A stretch of DNA of 31,473 bases from Bacteroidia bacterium. Its GTDB lineage: Bacteria; Bacteroidota; Bacteroidia; M30B66. The notes under the pieces are model-generated. The model searched no databases. It was not told the origin of the DNA and saw only the letters and a list, made by a program, of their open reading frames with translations. The stretch lies in the NCBI GenBank assembly GCA_040882555.1, contig JBBEBC010000147.1:30358-61830 (forward strand), read 5' to 3'. The translations under genes were made by a program, and so were the position numbers. Positions within the stretch are counted from its first letter, which is position 1, and every line of letters begins with the position of its first letter. This document shows positions 16,863 to 25,202 of the stretch, one piece after another.

Positions 16863-17066
16863 TTCTGGGATTGCTTCCATTAGAGTTAATCTGGGAACCG
16901 AAAAAGATGGCAATTATGCATCATACACCAGCAACACATGTTTTTCTGAAATCTCATGCTGCAAACATAGAACAGAATGTTTGATATCCTACTTAAAAGG
17001 TAGATTAAGTTATTGTTAATTGTCTTAATCAATTGATAATCAAATCGAATAATTAAATTTCCTGCT

Positions 17067-17984
17067 CTATTTACTCCCATCTAGCAAATCTTTAAGGGCA
17101 TCTTCAAGATTATTAAACTTGAATTCAAATCCCTGCGACAGCAGTTTTTTATTAGAAACCCGACTACCTTCAAGAACAACCGCACTCATTTCTCCTAATA
17201 CCATTTTTAAAGCAAACGAAGGGACCGTTATTGGTAAAATGGGGCGGTTCATAACCTTTGCTAGCGTTTTTGAAAACTCTCTGTTTGAACACGATTCAGT
17301 GGCACTTGCATTATACGCTCCACGATAGGCATCATTCTCTACGGCATCCAAAAACACCCTACAAATATCTTCTAAATGAATCCACTGAATTTGCTGTTTG
17401 CCAGAACCTAATGGAGATCCAACGAAAAAGTTGAATGGCATTTTCATAGTAGGTAAAGCGCCGCCATCTTTAGCTAAAACCACACCTGTCCTAATTTTCA
17501 CAATTCTTTCAGCAATATCATCAAAAGCATCTACAGCCAATTCCCACTTTCTGCATGTTTCGCCCATAAAATCATCCGCCGCAGGCTCAGCCTCTACATG
17601 AGTCATGGCATCGGTTCTGGCACCGTACCAGCCAACCGCCGAGCCACTAATAAGCGATTGAACTTTCTGATTCCTTTTTCTTAAACTTTCCTCAATCAAA
17701 GCAATACTGTCTACCCTGCTGCTAATAATGAGCTCTTTTCTTGAATCTGTCCACCTGGCATCTGCAATTCCTGCCCCGGCCAAATGAATGATATCCGTGA
17801 CTCCATCTAAGGCTGTTTCATCTAGTTCTCGCTGATGAATATTCCAGGTAAAGACTTTATCGTAATTCTCAACAGGAGTGTTACTGCGGCTGAGCAAATG
17901 AAGTGTGTAGCCTTTTTGTTTAAGCATCTTCGACAACTTCATGCCAATCAATCCTGTTCCTCCTGTAATAAGTACTGTTTTCAT
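17067..17984 (-). CDS. TIGR01777/SDR39U1-family NAD-dependent epimerase/dehydratase (YfcH-like, with a C-terminal DUF1731-type extension)
   Basis: It has an N-terminal Rossmann motif (MKTVLITGGTGLIGMKL). Its 305-aa length and C-terminal region are typical of this family. Confidence 0.75.
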   Translation of the reverse strand: MKTVLITGGTGLIGMKLSKMLKQKGYTLHLLSRSNTPVENYDKVFTWNIHQRELDETALDGVTDIIHLAGAGIADARWTDSRKELIISSRVDSIALIEESLRKRNQKVQSLISGSAVGWYGARTDAMTHVEAEPAADDFMGETCRKWELAVDAFDDIAERIVKIRTGVVLAKDGGALPTMKMPFNFFVGSPLGSGKQQIQWIHLEDICRVFLDAVENDAYRGAYNASATESCSNREFSKTLAKVMNRPILPITVPSFALKMVLGEMSAVVLEGSRVSNKKLLSQGFEFKFNNLEDALKDLLDGSK

Positions 17985-18045
17985 GTTTGTAATTTACACT
18001 AATCCGAACACCTTTCTAAAAGCATTGTTCCCATACATTTGCAAA

Positions 18046-18375
18046 ATGGAATCTAAATTGAAATACGAGAAGCATTTATTTATCTGCACCAATCAGCGTC
18101 CAGAAAATGCACCTCGCCCCAGCTGTGGTGAACAACACGGTTTAGCATTGGTAGCAGCTTTCAAAAAGGCAATTAAAGATAAACATCTCGATATGCCTAT
18201 CAGAGCTCAAAGGGCTGGTTGCCTTGATCTTTGCGAGCAAGGTCCCACGGTGGTGGTTTATCCTGAAGGAGTTTTTTATGGGAATGTGCAGCTTGAAGAT
18301 GTTCAGGAAATTGTTGATCAACACATTGCCTTGGGCAATCCGGTGGAGCGACTCAGGCTTAAGTTTGATAATTGA
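18046..18375 (+). CDS. Thioredoxin-like [2Fe-2S] ferredoxin-domain protein
   Basis: It has four Cys in the arrangement ICTN...PSCGE...AGCLDLCEQGP on a thioredoxin-like fold. The track ORF starts at 17941, which would overlap the divergent epimerase gene. The first ATG (MESKLKYEKHLFICTN) at 18046 is the likely start. Confidence 0.65.
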   Translation: MESKLKYEKHLFICTNQRPENAPRPSCGEQHGLALVAAFKKAIKDKHLDMPIRAQRAGCLDLCEQGPTVVVYPEGVFYGNVQLEDVQEIVDQHIALGNPVERLRLKFDN

Positions 18376-18444
18376 TTGCTTCTCGCTTTGCTTAAAAAAG
18401 TAATATTCAACTACATTTACCGTTATATCCCTCGCCGGAAACTT

Positions 18445-19926
18445 ATGAGTAAACTCTTTGCCCCTTTTTTAACTGTAACGCTGATTTTCACATTAATTTT
18501 ATCTCAGAGTTCCTGCCGCAAAGATGTTTTGGATACCGATCCTGCCTCTAAGCTTTCGTTCTCTGTTGATACGGTTTATTTTGATACGGTATTCGTTACC
18601 TTGGGAAGTGTAACTCAGCGATTTAAGATTTACAACAACAGCAAGGACAAGATTAAAATTTCTAGAATTAAACTTGAAGGAGGCAACAGCTCGCCTTTCA
18701 GACTGAATATCGATGGATTCCCATCGGATGACCTCACAGACTTGGAAATTGAAGGTGAAGACAGTGTTTTTGTTTTTGCAGAAGTCACCATTGATCCCAA
18801 TAATTTATTGAATCCTTTCGTGGTGGAGGATAGCATTCGGTTCGAAACCAATGGTAATGTTCAATATGTTAAACTTCTTGCCTACGGCAGGAATGCAGAT
18901 TTCTTCAGACCTACTAATTTCCCCGCAAACGGATTTCCGGCGTTCTCAGTTGTAGAATGCAATACTACTTGGACAAATGAAAAGCCAAAGGTAATTATTG
19001 GCTACCTAGCGGTTGATTCGGCCTGCACACTTACCATCGAAGCAGGAACAGAGGTTTATCTTTATAATAACTCAGGTCTTTGGGTTTACAAACAAGGAAC
19101 TCTAATAGTAAATGGAACCCGCGAAGATTCTGTTATTTTTCAAGGAGTAAGAAAAGAAGAGGCTTATCGAGAAGAATCAGGCCAATGGGATAGAATATGG
19201 ATAAACCAGGGAAGCACTGGTAATGTCATTAATTACGCAGTAATCAAGAATGGCAATATTGGTATTCAGGCGGAAGATGTGGTTGAACTAGGTCAAGGCT
19301 TGCCGAGGCAGCTTACTTTGAGCAATACCAGAATCAGAAATATGACCGTTTTCGGTCTTTATGCTGTGAACTATCGCATAAATGCTTGGAATAATGTGAT
19401 TTCTAATTGCGGTTCACATGCATTGGCTCTAATTAACGGAGGAGAGTATAATTTCCGCCACAATACCATTGCAAATTATTGGGGAGCTTCTGTTAGAAGC
19501 GAGGTTTCTGTTTACCTAAGTAATGCTCGGCAAGGTGCAAACAACGCGGTGTTTGTAGCTGATATGAATTTTAGATTTAGAAATGGAATAGTTTACGGAA
19601 ATCTTCAAGGTGATAACGAACTTGAAGCCGATGGACTTCCAGACGCGGCCTTTAATTGGAACTTTGAGAACAGTCTTATTCGTTTAAATAATGATGATAT
19701 TTCTCAAAACGATGCAAGTCGTTTTACCAATTGTATCTTCAATGAAAATCCTGAGTTTAAGAATACTCAAGGGCAGAATTATGGTCTTCTGGAAGCTTCG
19801 CCAGCAAGAGATTTTGGCTCTATTGAAGTGGTAAATGAAGCACCTGCAATTCCTGAAGATATTAAGGGAAATAGTCGCATTTCAGATACTGCTCCAGATT
19901 TAGGCGCTTTGGAATTTGAACCATAA
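18445..19926 (+). CDS. Lipoprotein with predicted right-handed parallel beta-helix repeats
   Basis: The likely start is MSKLFAPFLTVTLIFTLILSQSSC, a signal peptide plus lipobox Cys. The body is rich in N/G/I/V-x repeats (NGNIGIQAEDV..., NNVISNCGSHALALINGGEYNFRHNTIANY) typical of pectate-lyase-like beta-helices. The track start at 18376 adds 23 residues with no signal peptide. Confidence 0.55.
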   Translation: MSKLFAPFLTVTLIFTLILSQSSCRKDVLDTDPASKLSFSVDTVYFDTVFVTLGSVTQRFKIYNNSKDKIKISRIKLEGGNSSPFRLNIDGFPSDDLTDLEIEGEDSVFVFAEVTIDPNNLLNPFVVEDSIRFETNGNVQYVKLLAYGRNADFFRPTNFPANGFPAFSVVECNTTWTNEKPKVIIGYLAVDSACTLTIEAGTEVYLYNNSGLWVYKQGTLIVNGTREDSVIFQGVRKEEAYREESGQWDRIWINQGSTGNVINYAVIKNGNIGIQAEDVVELGQGLPRQLTLSNTRIRNMTVFGLYAVNYRINAWNNVISNCGSHALALINGGEYNFRHNTIANYWGASVRSEVSVYLSNARQGANNAVFVADMNFRFRNGIVYGNLQGDNELEADGLPDAAFNWNFENSLIRLNNDDISQNDASRFTNCIFNENPEFKNTQGQNYGLLEASPARDFGSIEVVNEAPAIPEDIKGNSRISDTAPDLGALEFEP

Positions 19927-19946
19927 TCTGTTTAATTCGTTTTAAA

Positions 19947-19954
19947 TATCTTTG
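19947..19954 (+). promoter_or_regulatory. -7 promoter element (TAtcTTTG) upstream of pfkA
   Basis: It matches the consensus exactly and ends 23 nt before the ATG at 19978. There is no clear -33 TTG. Confidence 0.35.
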
Positions 19955-19977
19955 TGTCGCATTAACACCTTGAATAA

Positions 19978-20952
19978 ATGAAACATATAGCAGTTCTCAC
20001 CTCCGGTGGAGATGCCCCCGGGATGAACGCTTGCATTCGTGCAGTTGTTAGAACAGCCACATATAGAAATATTAAAGTAACTGGAGTCGTTGCTGGTTAT
20101 GAAGGTCTTATCAATGGAGACTTTCGTGAAATAGATTCTACTGCCGTAGGAAACATCATACAAAAAGGAGGTACCATACTCAAAACCGCTCGTAGCAAAG
20201 AGTTTCTGAATCCTGAAGGTCGGAGGAAGGCTGCTGAAAATATGTTTAAAGCAGGAATTGAAGGTTTAGTTGTTATTGGTGGTGATGGTTCATTCAGAGG
20301 TGCAGATGTTCTTGCCACTGAGTTTCCTGAAATCAAGGTAATTGGTATTCCTGGAACCATTGATAATGATCTTTACGGAACAGACTTTACCATTGGATAC
20401 GACACAGCCATCAACACTGTTGTTCATGCGGTAGATAATATTCGTGATACTGCTAGCTCGCATAATAGGTTGTTTTTTGTTGAGGTGATGGGACGCGATG
20501 CGGGATTAATTGCATTAAGAAGCGGGATAGCTTGTGGTGCTGAAGCTATCCTAATTCCAGAAACAAAAACTCACCTTGATAAGCTTATCGCTCAACTCGA
20601 AAGAGGTTGGAAAAGGCAGAAGTCTGGTCACGTTATCATTGTTGCCGAAGGCGATGATGCCGGTGGGGCATTCGAAATTGCTAGAATTGTTCAGGAAAAA
20701 TTTGATAAGCTAGAAACTAAAGTGGCCATTTTGGGGCATATTCAAAGAGGTGGAAATCCTACTTGTATGGATAGGGTTTTAGCTACTCGACTTGGTTATG
20801 AGGCTACGGAGGCATTACTTGATGGGAAAACAAGAGTAATGACCGGACAGGTTGCCGGGAAAGTTTCTTTTACCCCGCTTGAAAATGCTGTTAAGCACAA
20901 TATTGATGTCAACGAAACAATCATAAAGATTGCTGAAATAATGGCTTTGTAA
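19978..20952 (+). CDS. pfkA: ATP-dependent 6-phosphofructokinase
   Basis: The 324-aa product has the canonical PfkA N-terminus (IAVLTSGGDAPGMNA) and motifs (GGDGS, MGR, PGTIDND). Confidence 0.9.
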   Translation: MKHIAVLTSGGDAPGMNACIRAVVRTATYRNIKVTGVVAGYEGLINGDFREIDSTAVGNIIQKGGTILKTARSKEFLNPEGRRKAAENMFKAGIEGLVVIGGDGSFRGADVLATEFPEIKVIGIPGTIDNDLYGTDFTIGYDTAINTVVHAVDNIRDTASSHNRLFFVEVMGRDAGLIALRSGIACGAEAILIPETKTHLDKLIAQLERGWKRQKSGHVIIVAEGDDAGGAFEIARIVQEKFDKLETKVAILGHIQRGGNPTCMDRVLATRLGYEATEALLDGKTRVMTGQVAGKVSFTPLENAVKHNIDVNETIIKIAEIMAL

Positions 20953-21028
20953 AGTAGTGGAGCACATATTGTTTGTGTTAACTCGCTTTGCCATACCTTT
21001 ACAATCTCAAATTCTAAATTGAAAATTT

Positions 21029-22138
21029 TTGAAAAAAGTCAGCTTTAACAACAAGAACAACTCCTTTTCAGAGGCTATTAACAATGATGTGAGAGAGTAT
21101 TTTGAGAGAACGAATCAAGCTTCTACAGGCGATTGGCGTTTGTATATTAAATCGCTCACTCTTATTCCAGCTGCAGTAATTCTTTATGTGGTTCTGCTTG
21201 CTCAAGTATTACCAATTTGGGCTGCGCTTTTATCTTGCGCTGCACTTGGATTTATTTTAGCTAGCATTGGTTTTAGCGTCATGCATGACGCTTGTCATGG
21301 CAGCTATTCAACTAGCAAGAATTTAAATTACATCATGGGTCTTACCATGAATGCGCTTGGAGCTAATGCATTTATTTGGAAAATTAAGCACAATATTATT
21401 CACCATACATATACCAATATTGATGGTGTTGATGACGATATTGCTAAATCGCCGGTTTTACGCCATTGCTATTCACAGCCACACAAACCAGCTCACAAGT
21501 ATCAGCATATCTACATGGTTCCTTTATATGCTATATCTTCTGTTCTATGGGCTTTGCTCACTGACATGGACAAGTATTTTAAACAGGAAATAAACGGCAC
21601 CAAAATCAATAAAATCCCAATGCAGGAGCATATTTTATTTTGGGTTTCTAAAGTTCTTTACATCGTATTCTATATGGCCATTCCTATTGCATTTGTTGGA
21701 GTTAGACCTTTTTTAATTGGGTATTTCCTAATGAGTGCGGTGTTAGGCTTAACTCTTTCTTTGGTATTCCAATTAGCTCATGTTGTAGAAACTACTGAAT
21801 TTGTTGATGCATATGAATTAGATGGGAAATTGTCTATAGAAGATGCATGGGCTGTTCATCAGGTAAGAACAACATCAAATTTTGCTATGAATAGTAAGCT
21901 AATTTCTTGGTTTGTAGGGGGACTAAATTATCAAATTGAACATCACCTGTTTCCGAAAGTGAGCCACGTTCATTATCCAGAAATCTCTAAGATAGTCATG
22001 AAGAGATGTGAGGAATTTGGTGTGCAATACAATAATATTGATACGTTTGGAGCAGCCATTGCCAGTCATTTTAGAACCATGAAGATGTTTGGTCAAAATG
22101 AAAGTGCACCTATACAAATGAACCTTGCAACTGCCTAA
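21029..22138 (+). CDS. Membrane fatty-acid desaturase (acyl-lipid / delta-desaturase family)
   Basis: It has three His boxes (HDACHGS, HNIIHH, QIEHHLFP) interleaved with TM helices. The only start candidate upstream of the first His box is TTG at 21029. Confidence 0.8.
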   Translation: MKKVSFNNKNNSFSEAINNDVREYFERTNQASTGDWRLYIKSLTLIPAAVILYVVLLAQVLPIWAALLSCAALGFILASIGFSVMHDACHGSYSTSKNLNYIMGLTMNALGANAFIWKIKHNIIHHTYTNIDGVDDDIAKSPVLRHCYSQPHKPAHKYQHIYMVPLYAISSVLWALLTDMDKYFKQEINGTKINKIPMQEHILFWVSKVLYIVFYMAIPIAFVGVRPFLIGYFLMSAVLGLTLSLVFQLAHVVETTEFVDAYELDGKLSIEDAWAVHQVRTTSNFAMNSKLISWFVGGLNYQIEHHLFPKVSHVHYPEISKIVMKRCEEFGVQYNNIDTFGAAIASHFRTMKMFGQNESAPIQMNLATA

Positions 22139-22149
22139 GTTGTTTTTTC

Positions 22150-23019
22150 GTGTCGCCAATTAAGAGGGTAGGGGCAGTATTATTAGTATATGCTGTTTAT
22201 TACTCAACGCGAATTATTAGAAAACAACTTTATTTTAGTAATACAAGACTAAAGCAGATTCTTTTGCTGAAGCAAGGCGATTTGAATCACTATCGCCGAC
22301 TTGATTACAAGCCAAATGTTAAGGAACTTGATGCTTTTCTCACGGAGAAAATTCCTTTTTACAGATTGCTAGACACCAATGAATCTATAGTGTTTAGAAA
22401 CAGGCTTCTACTTCTCCTGAGAACAAAATGGTTCGTTGGCAGACAGGGTATTGATATCAATAATGAAATGATACTCACCTTCGGAGCCTTGATGATTCAA
22501 GTAACCTTCGGATTTAATAATTTCTTATTTCCTCATTTTCACAGGGTTGCAATCTTTCCAGATATATTTTATTCAAGGCTCTTTGAGAGATACGTTAAAG
22601 GTTTAACAGTTTATCACACGGGAATTATTTTGGTTTCTTGGCCGCATCTGGAACATGGTATTGACAACGAGAGTGATAAGATTAACCTCGGACTTCACGA
22701 ATTGGCCCATGCGCTCTATCTTGATTATTTTGAGCATAGAAATATGCTTAATGGCTTTGATAGATGGACCACAAAAGCACTCCAAGTATTTAAAGAAATG
22801 CAATTAAATAGTAAAGATTTCTTCTTAAGAGAATATGCTGCAACAAACATTCATGAATTCTGGGCTGTTTGTGTTGAGCATTACTTTGAAGCTCCGCTTG
22901 AATTCAGGGAGCGCTTGCCTGAGCTTTACAAAGAAATGTGTAGAATCTTAAAGCAAGATGTAGCAGCTAGGCACGACCGTTTTCCTAGTTCGTATATTTC
23001 AACAGAAAAGACAGCATAA
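22150..23019 (+). CDS. MtfA-like (peptidase M90 family) zinc-dependent peptidase
   Basis: It has an HExxH motif in the context LGLHELAHALYLDYFEH, and an overall length and pattern like MtfA/DUF980. It begins at a GTG 11 nt after the desaturase stop, which suggests the two genes are co-transcribed. Confidence 0.55.
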   Translation: MSPIKRVGAVLLVYAVYYSTRIIRKQLYFSNTRLKQILLLKQGDLNHYRRLDYKPNVKELDAFLTEKIPFYRLLDTNESIVFRNRLLLLLRTKWFVGRQGIDINNEMILTFGALMIQVTFGFNNFLFPHFHRVAIFPDIFYSRLFERYVKGLTVYHTGIILVSWPHLEHGIDNESDKINLGLHELAHALYLDYFEHRNMLNGFDRWTTKALQVFKEMQLNSKDFFLREYAATNIHEFWAVCVEHYFEAPLEFRERLPELYKEMCRILKQDVAARHDRFPSSYISTEKTA

Positions 23020-23056
23020 GTATATTTTTATTGTATTTTCAACCCATATTCAGAAT

Positions 23057-23659
23057 ATGGAAACCTGTTGGAACTCTCTCGATTCGTTTGAAAAAGTATT
23101 GTGGCTAATTGCTTTGCCAGCAACGCTCTTTTTTACCATTCAAATGTTTGCAACCTTTCTTGGAATGGATGGCGCTGCAGAAACGGATGCAGATTTTTCT
23201 GGTGATCTTAGTTCGGATATTGATCTTGGTGGACCGGGTGATACAGACACCGCTGGTGTCGCCCCATTTGAGCTGTTTACGTTAAGAAATTTTATCAATT
23301 TTATTCTCGGCCTAGGCTGGGGAGGAATTGCCCTTTATCCTCATTTTGGTGAAGTTGTGGCTGTAATTGGCGGAGCAATAATTGGGGTCATTTTAGTTGT
23401 CTTGGTTTTATATATGTTTAAGTGGCTTAGTGGCATGACCCAGAGTGGAAACCTAGTCATGTCTAATGCAATAGGCATGCAGGGAAGTGTTTATTTGCGC
23501 ATTCCTGCGGAAGGAAATGGTCATGGAAAAGTTCATGTAAGCGTTCAAGGAAGCCTAAGAGAACTCGATGCCATTACTAAAGGAGAAGCTTTGCCTACTG
23601 GCATAAGTGTTAAAGTCACAGGTCTTATCAATACAACACTAATTGTAGAAAAAATATAA
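23057..23659 (+). CDS. NfeD-like short-form membrane protein (YqiJ/YuaF type) with a C-terminal OB-fold
   Basis: It has an N-terminal TM region, an acidic linker, and a C-terminal beta-barrel (GMQGSVYLRIPAEGNGHGKVHVSVQGSLRELDAITKGEALPTGISVKVTG). It lies immediately upstream of a flotillin gene, which is the known NfeD-SPFH operon pairing. Confidence 0.7.
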   Translation: METCWNSLDSFEKVLWLIALPATLFFTIQMFATFLGMDGAAETDADFSGDLSSDIDLGGPGDTDTAGVAPFELFTLRNFINFILGLGWGGIALYPHFGEVVAVIGGAIIGVILVVLVLYMFKWLSGMTQSGNLVMSNAIGMQGSVYLRIPAEGNGHGKVHVSVQGSLRELDAITKGEALPTGISVKVTGLINTTLIVEKI

Positions 23660-23669
23660 ATTAATTTTC

Positions 23670-25202
23670 ATGTCTCAACTTATTATTATTGGACTCTTCG
23701 CGGTTGTTCTCTTTGTTACTTTCGCGGCTATTTTATCACGCTACAAGCGCTGCCCTTCAGACAAAATTCTTGTCGTTTATGGCAAAACAGGCAATAGGGC
23801 CGACGGTTCTGGCTCTTCGGCAAAATGTATTCATGGTGGAGCTTCTTTTATATGGCCTGTATTTCAAAGCTTTGCTTTTCTAGATCTTCAGCCTATATCC
23901 ATTGAAACAAATTTAACAAATGCCCTGAGTAAGCAGAATATTCGAGTAGATGTTCCATGCCGTTTCACTGTCGCAATTTCAACAGAGCCTGATAGTATGA
24001 TGAATGCTGCTGAGCGTTTACTTGGACTTTCAATGGAGCAAATTCAAGAGCTTTCTAAGGATATACTTTTTGGGCAGTTACGCTTGGTGATTGCTACTAT
24101 GGATATTGAAGAAATCAATTCCGATAGAGATAAGTTTCTTGCTAATGTTAGTTCAAATGTAGATTCTGAATTACGTAAAATAGGTTTGAAGCTTATAAAT
24201 GTTAACGTTACAGACCTTCGTGATGAGTCAGGTTATATTGAAGCCTTAGGAAAGGAAGCTGCTGCAAAAGCAATAAACGAGGCTAAGAAAAGTGTAGCAG
24301 AGCAAGATCGATTTGGAGAAATTGGAAAGGCCGAAGCCGATAGAGATAAAGAAATAAGAATAGCAGAAACTATTAGAGATAGAGATATAAATATTGCTAA
24401 TGCAAATCGTGATAGGGAAATCAATATTGCCAATGCAAATAGAGACGAATCTATTGCTAAAGCTGAAGCAACAAGAGATACTCGTATAAAAAGCTCTGAA
24501 GCTAATGCCATTGCTGTTGAAGGGGAGAACTCTGCAAAAATTGTGATAGCAGCATCAGAAGCTACAAGAAGAGAAAAAGAAGCTGAAGCTTTGCGAATTG
24601 CTGTAGCAGCAGAGAAAGTACAAACGGCTAAAGCCCTTGAATTGGCCTATGAGGCTGAAAAAGCAGCTGAGCAAACTAGGGCTCAAAGAGAACGAGCTAC
24701 TCAGGAAGCAAACATTGTTATACCTGCAGAAATTGCGAAACAGAAGGCAATTATTGAAGCCGAAGCAGATGCAGAACAAGCTCGTAGAAGAGCCAAGGGC
24801 GAAGCGGATGCAATCTTCGCTAAAATGGACGCTGAAGCACGAGGTACTTTTGAGATTCTTACTAAACAAGCAGAAGGTTATAAAGACATTGTAGCTGCCG
24901 CTGGAGGTGATCCTTCAAAAGCAGTTCTCTTCTTAATTGCAGAGAAATTGCCAGAACTTGTCAGAATTCAAGTTGAAGCTGTTAAGAATATTAAGATTGA
25001 TAAAATCACTGTTTGGGATGGTGGTGGTTCTGCTAACGGCAAAACCAATACAGCCAACTTTGTTTCAGGTATGATGCAAACGGTTCCTCCATTAAATGAT
25101 TTATTCAAAATGGCAGGTATGGAATTGCCCAGTTATCTGAAGGGTGATGATGCTAAAAATGATGAGGACAAACCCGAGTCGCCAGAGATAATTGTAGAAT
25201 AA
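23670..25202 (+). CDS. Flotillin-like SPFH/band-7 protein (YqiK/FloT type)
   Basis: It has an N-terminal TM segment, an SPFH domain, and then a long A/E/K/R-rich coiled-coil with the 11-aa tandem unit (RDREINIANAN x2) characteristic of flotillins. The product is 510 aa. Confidence 0.85.
   Translation: MSQLIIIGLFAVVLFVTFAAILSRYKRCPSDKILVVYGKTGNRADGSGSSAKCIHGGASFIWPVFQSFAFLDLQPISIETNLTNALSKQNIRVDVPCRFTVAISTEPDSMMNAAERLLGLSMEQIQELSKDILFGQLRLVIATMDIEEINSDRDKFLANVSSNVDSELRKIGLKLINVNVTDLRDESGYIEALGKEAAAKAINEAKKSVAEQDRFGEIGKAEADRDKEIRIAETIRDRDINIANANRDREINIANANRDESIAKAEATRDTRIKSSEANAIAVEGENSAKIVIAASEATRREKEAEALRIAVAAEKVQTAKALELAYEAEKAAEQTRAQRERATQEANIVIPAEIAKQKAIIEAEADAEQARRRAKGEADAIFAKMDAEARGTFEILTKQAEGYKDIVAAAGGDPSKAVLFLIAEKLPELVRIQVEAVKNIKIDKITVWDGGGSANGKTNTANFVSGMMQTVPPLNDLFKMAGMELPSYLKGDDAKNDEDKPESPEIIVE

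Noticed and set aside
16819-17019. 66-aa TTG-initiated ORF starting inside repeat copy B, and the overlapping 64-aa minus-strand ORF 16886..17080
   Set aside because: The equivalent frame in repeat copy A stops after 23 codons. Conservation of the repeat therefore extends upstream of the start codon and is not protein-driven. The minus-strand ORF overlaps the epimerase stop and is low-complexity.
24233-24894. Three ORFs (24233..24511 -, 24555..24869 -, 24637..24894 +) inside the flotillin gene
   Set aside because: They lie in the A/E/K-rich coiled-coil region of flotillin. Low-complexity repetitive coding sequence gives long open frames on other frames and strands. Their products are S/F/L-rich or K/L-rich nonsense.
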